A DNA stretch of 32,989 nt from Bacteroidaceae bacterium (lineage in GTDB: Bacteria > Bacteroidota > Bacteroidia > Bacteroidales > Bacteroidaceae), in NCBI GenBank assembly GCA_051890235.1, contig JBJFDX010000107.1, positions 1 to 32,989 of the forward strand, written 5' to 3'. A model generated the notes under the pieces. It did no database searches and had not been told where the DNA came from. It worked only from the letters and a program-made list of their open reading frames with translations. This document shows positions 1 to 9,444 of the stretch, piece by piece. Position 1 is the stretch's first letter. Each line of letters opens with the position of its first letter. The position numbers were made by a program, and so were the translations under genes.

Positions 1-3000
1 ACCTCCGATGATATAGAGACCAGAGGGCAGATTCCTCAGGCTTGTACCAGGACGGAACATTCTGCCATCGATTGTATAGGTATTCTGGTCGGCAGGAGCC
101 ATGGGCGACAATGTGCTGTTCACCTCCTGGATGCCGGTAAGAATATTATCCTTCTGAGCCTCGGTAATCAACTCTATATTGCGAATTTCGATAATATCGT
201 AACCGCCCTCTACGATATCCCAACGCAGGAAGTCACCGGCCTTACCCCAGCCCAGTTTCTTGCGAGGTGCTGAAATATCTATAAAGGTGCGTGCCCAATC
301 GTCGGTTGCAGGCAACATATCATACCAGTAGTCACGACCTGCAGCAATGGGTGAGTAGAAGAATTCACCTCGGGTGCTGGTGGCAGACCTATATTCGAAG
401 GTCATATAAATAACATCCTCAGCCAAATCGTTCTCCAATGCACTCAGAGCTACAAAGGGGTCACCACCCTGACACTCTACAAGATATGTAAAGGGTGCGG
501 TATTCGTGATTTTCACTGAATTATTCATTACCTCAGGTGCAGGCACCAGATAATCACACTTGAACTCCTTCTTGAGTCTCTCGTACATAGCCTCAGCTTC
601 AGCCTGAGTGTAAGCACCTTCATATCCTACCCATGCCTCAGAGGTAACCTCGTCCACATGATTGATGAGTTCCAGCAACTCCTCGTCCTCAGTGGTGAAT
701 GATGTATAAGCCTGCTGAATCTTGTCATTCAGCAGAGCCAACTTCAGGAATGACTTCTTACAGCTGTATACAGAGCGGAAGATATCGGAGAACTCCTCCA
801 CAAGAGCATACTTCTCTGCGGCTGTGGTAGCTGTCTCAACACCCTTTATAGCCTCCTGCATGCGAGCACGCAACTCGTTGCTGAAGTTGGGAGTAGCCTT
901 CAGGTCGGCAGGATCAATAGTGTAGGCCAGCAAGGTGTTGGCTCTTGCTACGGCACACTCAAGTGATCTGTCGATACTTGCGGTAGCCTCATCTACAGTA
1001 CCACGATAGAAGAGTTTGATATTGCCGAAGCCTGTCCAATCATAGTTCAGTCCAGTACCTGGATTCTTGATACCCAGGGTGAGTGTACCATCGGTCACCT
1101 CCACTACAATGCTGTTGGCATAACGTCCAGCCTGGAAAGCATAGCAGCAACTCTGTACTCCGTGAAGGACATAACCCAGCAGTTCTGTTCCATATTCGTC
1201 GGTAATCTCAAGGTCACGCACAGCGGCATCCTCGCCTATCCAGCAGTTCTCCAAGTCAACAGCCTCAGAAACGGGAATCATGCCTTCAATGACTGCAGGC
1301 AGATAAACTTCACTTCCATTGGCATAGATGGAAGCAGCCAGATTGGTGCTATAGCGATTACCTGTACCAGTGCTGCCACCAGGACGGAAACCGCCATTGA
1401 CCTGGAACTCATAAACACCATTCTGCAAGCCAGTAATCGTCTGGTACATATCGAATGTCTTGTTGTAACTTTCTGCTGCACGCATGTTGCCATTGTCGCC
1501 CTGGCCAGTGGCAGGTACGCCTTCCCATCCCTCAAATCCATTGGAGAAGTCGGCATTTACAAGCAGGTTAGTGAGCTCGGTATCCTTAGCAAAACCTTCG
1601 GTGATGGCCTTCTTGAGCCATTCGTCCACGGTGGCAATCTCTGCAGCCAGCTGCTCGTTGTCGAGCACATGCTTTGCCATGATGTATGGGTAAGAACCGT
1701 TGATATACTCCTCATTGGGCTCAGCGGTCTCCATCAGGTAAGAGTCAAGCTTCTGGGCTGTGGGACCTGTCAGTTTGGCTTCTGCCAGGTAATCAATGGT
1801 CTCCTGCATCTTGGCGTCATAGTTGGCATATGCCTGCTTAGAGTCGAGCAGAGCTTGTCTAACCTCTAAGAATTCCACGTACTGATTCAGGAAAGCATCT
1901 CTGTCGGTAATACCCTTCAAGGTGGCAATACCTTCCTTGAACTGGTCTATCAGACTCTGCTGAGCAACCAGATCCTCCAGCAAAGCCTCATTGGCAGCGA
2001 ATACCATGGCGGTAAAATCCTTGAAGGTCGCATCATCATGGATATCGGCATAAATCTCTCCGTCAGCCGTATACACGATACCATGGTCGTTCTCAAGCAC
2101 AGGGTGACTATCCTCACTGAGGGTCTGATAGAAATCTGGATTTATCAAGTTTCCTTTGTTGAGCTTATAACAGAGTTCACCAGATGTAACGGCATCCTCT
2201 GTGATATTGGTCACCTGTGTACCATGGACTGAATAGCAGTTGGTGAACGTCATGTTACTGCCACGTGCACAATAAACATTGTCACCACTTGTGCCTTCCA
2301 CAACTGCAGATGTCCAGCAGTTGACCATTTTGGAACCCTGGTTTCCTGTCCATCCTGAGAAGGCAGCAGCCTCATTGCCACCAGAGATATTACCAGTCAC
2401 ATAGCAGTTGGTCATCAGGAAGCGGCATGCGCTGCCATCGCTGCAACCGATGATACCAGCCACATTCTGAGCGCTACCCGAAACGATACCCTCGTTACCC
2501 AGGTTGGTGAGGGTGGCTGTACCGCCGCCTGTGCTGCCTCCCACGAGGCCCACATAACCCTTACCTACGATATAGCAGTCGCTGCTGAGTATCAGATTAC
2601 GAATCTCCACACCTCCACTAACGGCTCCGAAGAGACCTACGAACATATCGTCGGGCTTATTGATGTTAAGACCGCTGATGCGATGCAATCCACCATCAAA
2701 GGTACCTGTATAAGGGTTCTGCTGCGTTCCAATAGGCTCTACGGTCAGGCCTGAAAGATCGATATCGGCAGTCAGACGCCCCTTAAGCTTGGGATTGTTG
2801 TTGGCCACCATGCGGGTGAACCATACATATTGTCCTGCTGTGGCAAGTGGCAGGAAGCCCTCCTCATCAGGTTCCACCAGATGGGTGTTGAGGGTTCCGC
2901 ATACGGAGCACACTCCATCCTCTCCATAATGATGGTCGGGAATTCTTGAACCACTATCCTCGTTGCTGTAGGTAATATCACCCACGGGTGCACCGTCGCA

Positions 3001-4305
3001 ACGCATCTCACCATTGGCATACACTTGCTTGTAAGTGGTGAAGGGCATAGGATAAGGGTTAGTGCCTAAGGTCTGAGTCCAGGTAATGTTCTTCTGGTCA
3101 CCATTGAGCATGAAGCAAAGAGCTCCGTTGCTGACCATCTCAGCAGTCACCTGAGTTCCCTTAGCCGCACTTGAGGAAGCCACATTATTCAGATAATAGC
3201 TGTTGAAAATCTGTACGTTCTGGGGACAACGAGCCCATACGTCGAGGTCGCTCTCCTGCAGTTGAACAGAACCTACCTGTACGCAGTTGCTCAAAACAAC
3301 CTTGGCGCCTGCCCAACCTACAAATCCTGCACAGTTGGTGGTTGTCTCACTCTGGATGGTGCCTGCAAACAAACAATTCTCAAACGATACGCCCGAGCCA
3401 CTGATACCTACGAAACCTCCGTGTGTGCCATCACCTGCGATGGTGGGCAGGACGGTCACCAAAGAGCAGCAGTTGCGGATGGTGGCTCCGAATGTCTTAC
3501 CAGCGATACCTCCAGCATACTTGTCGTTGGTGGCAATGGAACCCTTCACAATCAGGTTCTCCACGGTACCATAAAGCATTTCAAAGGGAGCTGCATAACT
3601 GCCGTTCACATTATAGTTGACGGTAAGGGTATGTCCTGCTCCGTTGAATGTGCCTTCGAAGTTACTGAAACGCTTGTTGTAAGCTGTGAAGTCAATATCT
3701 GCTGTCAGTTCGGCATTAAGTCCGAAGTGCAGATTGCTGTTCACACGATCCATGAATGCGTTCAGTTCCTCGGCAGTTCCTATCTTTACCACCTCTGTGC
3801 GGTCATACTCAGGAGGAGTGGTAATGCGTATACTGCGAATCTTGATGTTAGCCGCCTTGTTACCAAGGTCGAAACGGAAGAAATCGCCCTTGGCACCCCA
3901 ATCAAATTTCTTGCGAGAATTGGAGATGTCCATATAGGCAATACGCCATTCTCCCTCTGCAGTCTGGGCAAGACCACCCTCGAAGACCTGCTCACGTCCA
4001 CCTGCTATGGGAGAGAAGAAGAACTCCACCAGATCGGGAACACTTGCATCACTCTGGTATTCCACCAAGACGAAAGTCTCGTTGTCCTCCAAATCACGGG
4101 GAAGAGGAGTCAACTGGAAGAAGGGATCACCACCTTCAGAGACGATGGTCATACTGCCATCCTCTTCATCGGTAATAGTTACCATGTTGTCCGAACCTGG
4201 GTTATGCTTCAGATAAATATCCTCGGCATAAGAACTTAGCGACATGGTCAGCATAGCCACAAAGGCTGCGACAAATCGCATCCAAATAAGTTTGTTTTTT
4301 CTCAT
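1..4305 (-). CDS. Giant secreted cell-surface protein, 3' end truncated by the window edge. It has an N-terminal signal peptide, two GLUG/beta-helix-type modules, a jelly-roll-like module and a T9SS-type C-terminal sorting tail.
   Basis: By manual reverse translation, the ATG at 4305..4303 gives MRKNKLIWMRFVAAFVAMLTMSLSSYAEDIYL. I saw no stop in this frame down to position 1 (1435 codons). Motifs include FEGTFNGAGHTL and YTGTFDGGLHRISGLNINKPDDMFVGLFG. The last residues, TYTIDGRMFRPGTSLRNLPSGLYIIGG, resemble a Por/T9SS CTD. The ORF is not in the supplied track, presumably because it is open-ended. Confidence 0.85.
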   Translation of the reverse strand, partial: MRKNKLIWMRFVAAFVAMLTMSLSSYAEDIYLKHNPGSDNMVTITDEEDGSMTIVSEGGDPFFQLTPLPRDLEDNETFVLVEYQSDASVPDLVEFFFSPIAGGREQVFEGGLAQTAEGEWRIAYMDISNSRKKFDWGAKGDFFRFDLGNKAANIKIRSIRITTPPEYDRTEVVKIGTAEELNAFMDRVNSNLHFGLNAELTADIDFTAYNKRFSNFEGTFNGAGHTLTVNYNVNGSYAAPFEMLYGTVENLIVKGSIATNDKYAGGIAGKTFGATIRNCCSLVTVLPTIAGDGTHGGFVGISGSGVSFENCLFAGTIQSETTTNCAGFVGWAGAKVVLSNCVQVGSVQLQESDLDVWARCPQNVQIFNSYYLNNVASSSAAKGTQVTAEMVSNGALCFMLNGDQKNITWTQTLGTNPYPMPFTTYKQVYANGEMRCDGAPVGDITYSNEDSGSRIPDHHYGEDGVCSVCGTLNTHLVEPDEEGFLPLATAGQYVWFTRMVANNNPKLKGRLTADIDLSGLTVEPIGTQQNPYTGTFDGGLHRISGLNINKPDDMFVGLFGAVSGGVEIRNLILSSDCYIVGKGYVGLVGGSTGGGTATLTNLGNEGIVSGSAQNVAGIIGCSDGSACRFLMTNCYVTGNISGGNEAAAFSGWTGNQGSKMVNCWTSAVVEGTSGDNVYCARGSNMTFTNCYSVHGTQVTNITEDAVTSGELCYKLNKGNLINPDFYQTLSEDSHPVLENDHGIVYTADGEIYADIHDDATFKDFTAMVFAANEALLEDLVAQQSLIDQFKEGIATLKGITDRDAFLNQYVEFLEVRQALLDSKQAYANYDAKMQETIDYLAEAKLTGPTAQKLDSYLMETAEPNEEYINGSYPYIMAKHVLDNEQLAAEIATVDEWLKKAITEGFAKDTELTNLLVNADFSNGFEGWEGVPATGQGDNGNMRAAESYNKTFDMYQTITGLQNGVYEFQVNGGFRPGGSTGTGNRYSTNLAASIYANGSEVYLPAVIEGMIPVSEAVDLENCWIGEDAAVRDLEITDEYGTELLGYVLHGVQSCCYAFQAGRYANSIVVEVTDGTLTLGIKNPGTGLNYDWTGFGNIKLFYRGTVDEATASIDRSLECAVARANTLLAYTIDPADLKATPNFSNELRARMQEAIKGVETATTAAEKYALVEEFSDIFRSVYSCKKSFLKLALLNDKIQQAYTSFTTEDEELLELINHVDEVTSEAWVGYEGAYTQAEAEAMYERLKKEFKCDYLVPAPEVMNNSVKITNTAPFTYLVECQGGDPFVALSALENDLAEDVIYMTFEYRSATSTRGEFFYSPIAAGRDYWYDMLPATDDWARTFIDISAPRKKLGWGKAGDFLRWDIVEGGYDIIEIRNIELITEAQKDNILTGIQEVNSTLSPMAPADQNTYTIDGRMFRPGTSLRNLPSGLYIIGG

Positions 4306-4413
4306 ACGAGTTTTAATTAGTTAGTTAGACATATGTTGTTTATTCATATTCTACGTTAGTTTTCAAGAACCATCCAGACAGATAATTTACACCCTTCGTG
4401 ATGTTCGAGACCG

Positions 4414-4421
4414 CAAAACTA
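4414..4421 (-). promoter_or_regulatory. Candidate Bacteroidetes -7 promoter box (TAGTTTTG on the minus strand) for the giant surface-protein gene
   Basis: The plus strand reads CAAAACTA, which matches TAnnTTTG on the minus strand. It sits about 110 nt upstream of the ATG at 4305 in an AT-rich divergent intergenic region. Confidence 0.3.
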
Positions 4422-4592
4422 TCCATTATTTCCCAAACAAGCAAAGAAAACATTGAAAATTTTATTCTCACCCCCCCATTTTCCCTTCCTTATGAATGAT
4501 TTCTGAGCAATCATGAACTATCTTTTACCTATTTATGAAACAATATATTAAGATATCTCTTGCGCACGATACATTTTATAAATATTTATATG

Positions 4593-4600
4593 TAAATTTG
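4593..4600 (+). promoter_or_regulatory. Candidate -7 promoter box TAAATTTG for the GH43 operon
   Basis: Exact TAnnTTTG match 57 nt upstream of the ATG at 4657, in AT-rich sequence. Confidence 0.4.
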
Positions 4601-4656
4601 TCTTGTTCTTAAAAAAGAAAAGAAACTAAGAATTGACCCAACATAAAATATAGGAA

Positions 4657-6708
4657 ATGAATGCCAAGACGTTTTTGCTGAATACTTTGCTGCTCATGAT
4701 ATGTGTGGCAGGCAACGCCCAGAATCCCTATCTCCCCCTGTGGGAACATCTGCCCGATGGTGAACCACGGGTATTTGAAGACCCCGACAACCCAGGGAAA
4801 TGGCGTGCGTATATCATCGGGTCACACGACCTTACCTACACAGCCTATTGTGGAAACGACATACGCATGTGGTCGGCTCCCGTCGAGGACTTGAGCCAAT
4901 GGCGTGACGAAGGTCCTATCTTCAGCCATTATGCAGATGGCAAGTGGGATACCATGTATGCACCCGACTTGGTGGAGGTGAAGGATAAGACCACAGGAGA
5001 GAAAACCTATTGGCTCTATCCTCACTCTCGTGGCTGGGGACGTGTGGCCATGGTATGCAAGAGCCATCGACCCGATGGGCCTTTCACGCCTGTCAATCTG
5101 AATACAGAAGGAACCCGATGCCTGGAGGGCTCATACATTGACTTTGATCCCTCCGTATTTGTAGAAGAAGTGACAGACATGAAAGATTCCGACTACGTGA
5201 AGGGATTCCGAGCCTATGTCTTCTACGGATTCCGACACTCTACCGCTTTCGAACTCAATCAAGATGACATGTATTCGGTCAGACCAGGCACGAAGATACA
5301 TGACTACTTCATCCCCGCCAGTGAACGATACGGCGAACTGATGGACCCACCAGGCACCAAGTATCCTGCCCTATATGAAGGACAGAACCCTGGAGATTTC
5401 AATTTCTTTGAAGCCTCATCCATACGCCAGGTAGGCAACAAGTACGTGATGGTATTCTCGGGATTCTCGGGACCCGATTACGGTCTGTGGTCCACCAACT
5501 CAGCTTTGCGTTATGCCTATGGTGACAGTCCGATGGGCCCCTGGCGCTCGGGAGGCGTTCTTGTGGACTCTCGTGGTATAGTGCCCAACGAGGATGGAAC
5601 ACATCTGACCACCACAAACTTCAATCACAACACCCATGGATCCATTCAGGAAATTGGTGGTCAATGGTACGTATTCTATCATCGACCTCCCCGATGCTTC
5701 GGTAATGCCCGTCAGGCAATGGTAGCTCCCGTGAAGATAGAATGGGACAAGAAGCCCGTAGCTCAAGGAGGCAAGGTGCGCATAACAGCCTATGACCCTT
5801 ATGCAAAGAATCAGGAATGGACCGCTTCGGCCTCTGATGGTACCACCTATTCGGGAGCAGAGGTTACCTCAGAAGGATTCCAGATATTCGGCCTTCCACC
5901 ATACAGATACTATTCTGCAGGTATTGCATGCTATTTGAATGGCAACGAATGGATGCAGGATAATTTTGATGTTTGGAATAACAGTATGAATCTGGCAGGA
6001 GTGACCAACGGAGGTATCATCGGCTTCAAGTATTTCGGTTTTGAGGGCCTGCACAAAGATACCAAAGGAGTAAAATCCTTTTCTGGTACCCAAAAGGGAG
6101 ATGACACCACACTCAATCTATGGCTGACCCCAGGCGGAAATGGCGCGTTCCGCATACACGTGATGCTGGATGGACCTTACACCAATCAGGTGTGGAAAGG
6201 CAAAGAGTTGGGTGTGATAGACATACCCAGCGATGCGCCTCAAGTGGCAAGAAATTACCAATTGCCTACCCCCGAAGTGGAAGGACTGAAGGGAAAACAC
6301 GCAATCTACCTGGTGGTGGAAGGACCTCAAGTAAACAAACCTAATCGGTATGAGCATACGCCCTCGGCATCAACCCTGCAACCTCGTCCTCAGGGACTCT
6401 TTGACCTGCATGGACTGGGATTCTCAAAGAAAGGCGAATCCTGTCAACCCGAAACCATTCCACAGGTAACCATTCTGGTGGATGGCCGTAAAATTCATCT
6501 GCCCTCCATACCTGAGTTTGCCTCCAACGAGAATGGATACATGGATGCCTCCAATTATCAGGCTTATGCTCCGCTTGGCGCCAACTCGGTCATCAAAGCC
6601 TCTGCTTCTGACCCCAGCGTAGAAATACAAGTGGGAGATATCGTGGACGGCCGAGCCGTGGTCACCTGTGTATGGAAAGGCCTGAAGAAGGTGTACAAGA
6701 TAAACTGA
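4657..6708 (+). CDS. Secreted glycoside hydrolase, GH43-like five-bladed beta-propeller with a C-terminal beta-sandwich region
   Basis: 683-aa ORF. It has a signal peptide (MNAKTFLLNTLLLMICVAGNAQ). The N-terminal block NPYLPLWEHLPDGEPRVFEDPDNPGKWRAYIIGSHD is one I associate with Bacteroidetes GH43-annotated proteins. The family call is from memory only. Confidence 0.7.
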   Translation: MNAKTFLLNTLLLMICVAGNAQNPYLPLWEHLPDGEPRVFEDPDNPGKWRAYIIGSHDLTYTAYCGNDIRMWSAPVEDLSQWRDEGPIFSHYADGKWDTMYAPDLVEVKDKTTGEKTYWLYPHSRGWGRVAMVCKSHRPDGPFTPVNLNTEGTRCLEGSYIDFDPSVFVEEVTDMKDSDYVKGFRAYVFYGFRHSTAFELNQDDMYSVRPGTKIHDYFIPASERYGELMDPPGTKYPALYEGQNPGDFNFFEASSIRQVGNKYVMVFSGFSGPDYGLWSTNSALRYAYGDSPMGPWRSGGVLVDSRGIVPNEDGTHLTTTNFNHNTHGSIQEIGGQWYVFYHRPPRCFGNARQAMVAPVKIEWDKKPVAQGGKVRITAYDPYAKNQEWTASASDGTTYSGAEVTSEGFQIFGLPPYRYYSAGIACYLNGNEWMQDNFDVWNNSMNLAGVTNGGIIGFKYFGFEGLHKDTKGVKSFSGTQKGDDTTLNLWLTPGGNGAFRIHVMLDGPYTNQVWKGKELGVIDIPSDAPQVARNYQLPTPEVEGLKGKHAIYLVVEGPQVNKPNRYEHTPSASTLQPRPQGLFDLHGLGFSKKGESCQPETIPQVTILVDGRKIHLPSIPEFASNENGYMDASNYQAYAPLGANSVIKASASDPSVEIQVGDIVDGRAVVTCVWKGLKKVYKIN

Positions 6709-6718
6709 TTCAAACGAC

Positions 6719-8296
6719 ATGCAACGTTTCTTATTAGTCCTGTTTCTGCTGATAACCTCTGTGGCCCAAGCCCAGAGCATACAAGTGAAGAATCCTCTGA
6801 TGTGGACAGATGCGCCTGACCCCGACATCATACGCGTGGGTGACTATTACTATTTAGTTACCACCACCATGCATCTGTTTCCAGGAGGGCCTGTCATGAG
6901 GAGTCGTGACCTGGCACATTGGGAGACCGTATCCTATCTCTTTGACGAAATCAGAGATACACCTCGATACGACCTTCGAGAAGGTTCGGTATACGGACGT
7001 GGACAATGGGCCACATCTCTCCGCTATCACAAGGGAACCTTCTGGGCTTTGTTTGTTGCCAACGATGACCCACACATGTCCATGGTGTTCCGCACAGACG
7101 ATCCAGCCAAGGGTTGGACTCTTCACAGTCGTCTGCCAGCCTATCATGATGCATCGCTCTTCTTTGATGACGATGGCCGGGTTTACGTATTCTTCGGAAG
7201 CGGAGACATCCATCTGGTGGAACTGGAGCCTGACCTCACTGGCGAGAAGAAAGGAGGAGTGCGCAGAAAGTTACAGCTCAATGGCAAACCAGCAGGTTTG
7301 CACGAGGGAAGCCGTGTGGTGAAGCACGATGGCATGTATTACCTGCTCTGCATCTCGTGGCCGAATACGGGAAGACAAGAAATCGCTTATCGAAGTTCGA
7401 ATATTGAGGGTCCGTATGACTCAAAAGTAATTCTGAAGAGCGACTTTGGAGGATTTCCCCTGGCTGGACAAGGGACTATCGTAGATGGCAAGCATGGTGA
7501 ATGGTACGGAGTGATGTTTCAGGACAGAGGAGGAGTGGGACGTGTGCTCACCATAGAGCCCTGCTCATGGATAGATGGTTGGCCCATGCTGGGTACGCTC
7601 GGCGATGGTCTCATCCCTGAAACAGTATCACTCGACGGACATTGTGAATGCCACCAGAATCCAGCATCAGCAATCATAGAGAAAGATTACCAATGGAACC
7701 ATAACTTCATCAGGGAGGATATCTCTACCGAAACGGGCAGCATGACAAAGCCTGGAGCTTACGTTTCGCTCACAACATCGGTCCTTGCCCATTCCATCTT
7801 TGATGCACGCAACACCTTCACCTGGCGCACATGGGGACCCACCTGCTCTGATACTATCTGTCTGGATACAAGAAGGATGAAAGATGGAGACTGCGCCGGA
7901 CTATCGGCCTTCAATGCAGACGCTGGCGTGCTTACCTTCAAGAAGGAAGGGAATCTGTATACTCTGGTAATGAGTGAAGAGAACGTGAAACTGGATAACC
8001 ATACAAAGGCCATAACAAAACATGAGGTCAAAGAGATTGAATGTGTGAACATCCGCAAGAGCCAAACAGGGAGTATCTATCTACGCATGGATGCCGACTT
8101 CCGCCCCGGACGTGATGCTGCCAACTTCTATTACAGTCTGGACGGTAAGACCTTCCTGCCCATAGGAACAAGAGATTACAAGATGCGTTTCGACTTTACC
8201 CGCTTCTTCATGGGCACCCGTTATGCCGCCTTCTACTACCCCACGAAGAGGGTTGGAGGGCAGGTGACCTTCTCCCTCTCAGGGAAGAGAGATTAA
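6719..8296 (+). CDS. GH43 family glycoside hydrolase (beta-xylosidase/alpha-L-arabinofuranosidase type) with a C-terminal beta-sandwich domain
   Basis: 525-aa ORF with a signal peptide. It carries NPLMWTDAPDPDIIRVGDYYYLVTTTMHLFPGGPVMRSRDLAHWE, a typical GH43 N-terminal catalytic-Asp block. It starts 10 nt after the previous stop, which suggests an operon. Confidence 0.85.
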   Translation: MQRFLLVLFLLITSVAQAQSIQVKNPLMWTDAPDPDIIRVGDYYYLVTTTMHLFPGGPVMRSRDLAHWETVSYLFDEIRDTPRYDLREGSVYGRGQWATSLRYHKGTFWALFVANDDPHMSMVFRTDDPAKGWTLHSRLPAYHDASLFFDDDGRVYVFFGSGDIHLVELEPDLTGEKKGGVRRKLQLNGKPAGLHEGSRVVKHDGMYYLLCISWPNTGRQEIAYRSSNIEGPYDSKVILKSDFGGFPLAGQGTIVDGKHGEWYGVMFQDRGGVGRVLTIEPCSWIDGWPMLGTLGDGLIPETVSLDGHCECHQNPASAIIEKDYQWNHNFIREDISTETGSMTKPGAYVSLTTSVLAHSIFDARNTFTWRTWGPTCSDTICLDTRRMKDGDCAGLSAFNADAGVLTFKKEGNLYTLVMSEENVKLDNHTKAITKHEVKEIECVNIRKSQTGSIYLRMDADFRPGRDAANFYYSLDGKTFLPIGTRDYKMRFDFTRFFMGTRYAAFYYPTKRVGGQVTFSLSGKRD

Positions 8297-8317
8297 GGCA
8301 GAACAGATGAAGAACCA

Positions 8318-8334
8318 CCTTTTTCCCAAAAAGG
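8318..8334 (+). terminator. Weak hairpin CCTTTTT-ccc-AAAAAGG downstream of the GH43 operon
   Basis: 7-bp AT-rich stem with a 3-nt loop, 22 nt after the stop at 8296. No clear T-tract follows. Confidence 0.2.
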
Positions 8335-8358
8335 CTTGTGTAACAGGAAGTGTTTTAT

Positions 8359-8366
8359 TACTTTTG
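8359..8366 (+). promoter_or_regulatory. Candidate -7 promoter box TACTTTTG for cysE
   Basis: TAnnTTTG match 40 nt upstream of the ATG at 8406. Confidence 0.4.
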
Positions 8367-8405
8367 CACGCTGAATACGTATTCCTTTGACATCATAACG
8401 CAGCG

Positions 8406-9386
8406 ATGAGCCCTACAAGACTGAACACACTGCTTCAGCAGACAATTTCCGAACTGAGCGAGAACTGCCCGCTGCACGGATTATCCCTTGAACATAGAGA
8501 CGGTGACCCCCTACCCAGCCAAAAGGATTTGGCCGAGGTGGTCCACCTGTGTCGCTCTATCTTTTTCCCTGGCTATTTTGGCCCACCAGCCACCAGCGCC
8601 CATATGCAGACGTACCATCTGGGTGTGAGCATGGAGCGGTTGCATGCCTTGCTCACAGAACAGATATTGGCAGGCTTGTGTTCATGCTCCCCAGAAGATG
8701 AGATACTCGACGAGCAAACCAGAAACACACATCACAACGAGATGGCCTGCGAGCGAAGGGCTCGTGCCGAGCAGATTGCCATAGAATTCATACAGAGGTT
8801 ACCTTCCTTGAGAGACACTCTTGCCACAGATGTGGAAGCCGCCTACAATGGTGACCCTGCAGCAGATTCCTATGGCGAGATTATCAGTTGCTATCCTGTT
8901 ATACGGGCACTGACCAATTATCGTGTGGCACACGAACTGCTCTTGCTGGGCGTGCCCCTGATACCCAGAATCATCACCGAGATGGCTCATGGAGAAACAG
9001 GTATCGACATTCATCCAGCTGCTACCATCGGACACCATTTTACCATAGACCATGGTACGGGTGTCGTGATAGGCGCCACCTGTATTATAGGGAATAACGT
9101 GAAGCTCTATCAAGGCGTAACCTTAGGTGCCAAGAGTTTTCCACTGGACGAACATGGTAACCCCATCAAGGGTATACCCCGTCATCCTATACTGGAGGAC
9201 AACGTTATCGTATACAGCAACGCCACGGTACTGGGACGCATCACCATAGCCACAGGTACCATCATCGGAGGTAACCTGTGGGTAACCGAGAGTACCAAGC
9301 CAGGCGACCGCATCGTGCAGGCAAAACGCAGAAAGAACAATACAAAGGATTGCATCGTAAGGCCCGAGGATCTGGGAGGCCTGTAA
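8406..9386 (+). CDS. cysE: Serine O-acetyltransferase (hexapeptide-repeat, EpsC/CysE type)
   Basis: 326-aa ORF containing YPVIRALTNYRVAHELLLLGVPLIPRIITEMAHGETGIDIHPAATIGHHFTIDHGTGVVIGATCIIGNNVKLYQGVTLG, the classic SAT left-handed beta-helix core. Confidence 0.85.
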   Translation: MSPTRLNTLLQQTISELSENCPLHGLSLEHRDGDPLPSQKDLAEVVHLCRSIFFPGYFGPPATSAHMQTYHLGVSMERLHALLTEQILAGLCSCSPEDEILDEQTRNTHHNEMACERRARAEQIAIEFIQRLPSLRDTLATDVEAAYNGDPAADSYGEIISCYPVIRALTNYRVAHELLLLGVPLIPRIITEMAHGETGIDIHPAATIGHHFTIDHGTGVVIGATCIIGNNVKLYQGVTLGAKSFPLDEHGNPIKGIPRHPILEDNVIVYSNATVLGRITIATGTIIGGNLWVTESTKPGDRIVQAKRRKNNTKDCIVRPEDLGGL

Positions 9387-9444
9387 TGCAGAACTATAAT
9401 AGAAACCTGTATATTACACTATCAGAAATATCACAAGCAAACTC

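Noticed and set aside
1162-4239. The + strand ORFs 1162..1869 (235 aa) and 3262..4239 (325 aa), plus smaller ones listed in the track
   Set aside because: They lie antisense to the uninterrupted 1435-codon minus-strand gene, which has a signal peptide, repeated domains and a sorting tail. Their translations are low-information (rich in C, H, V, L and G) with no recognisable motifs, so they are shadow ORFs.
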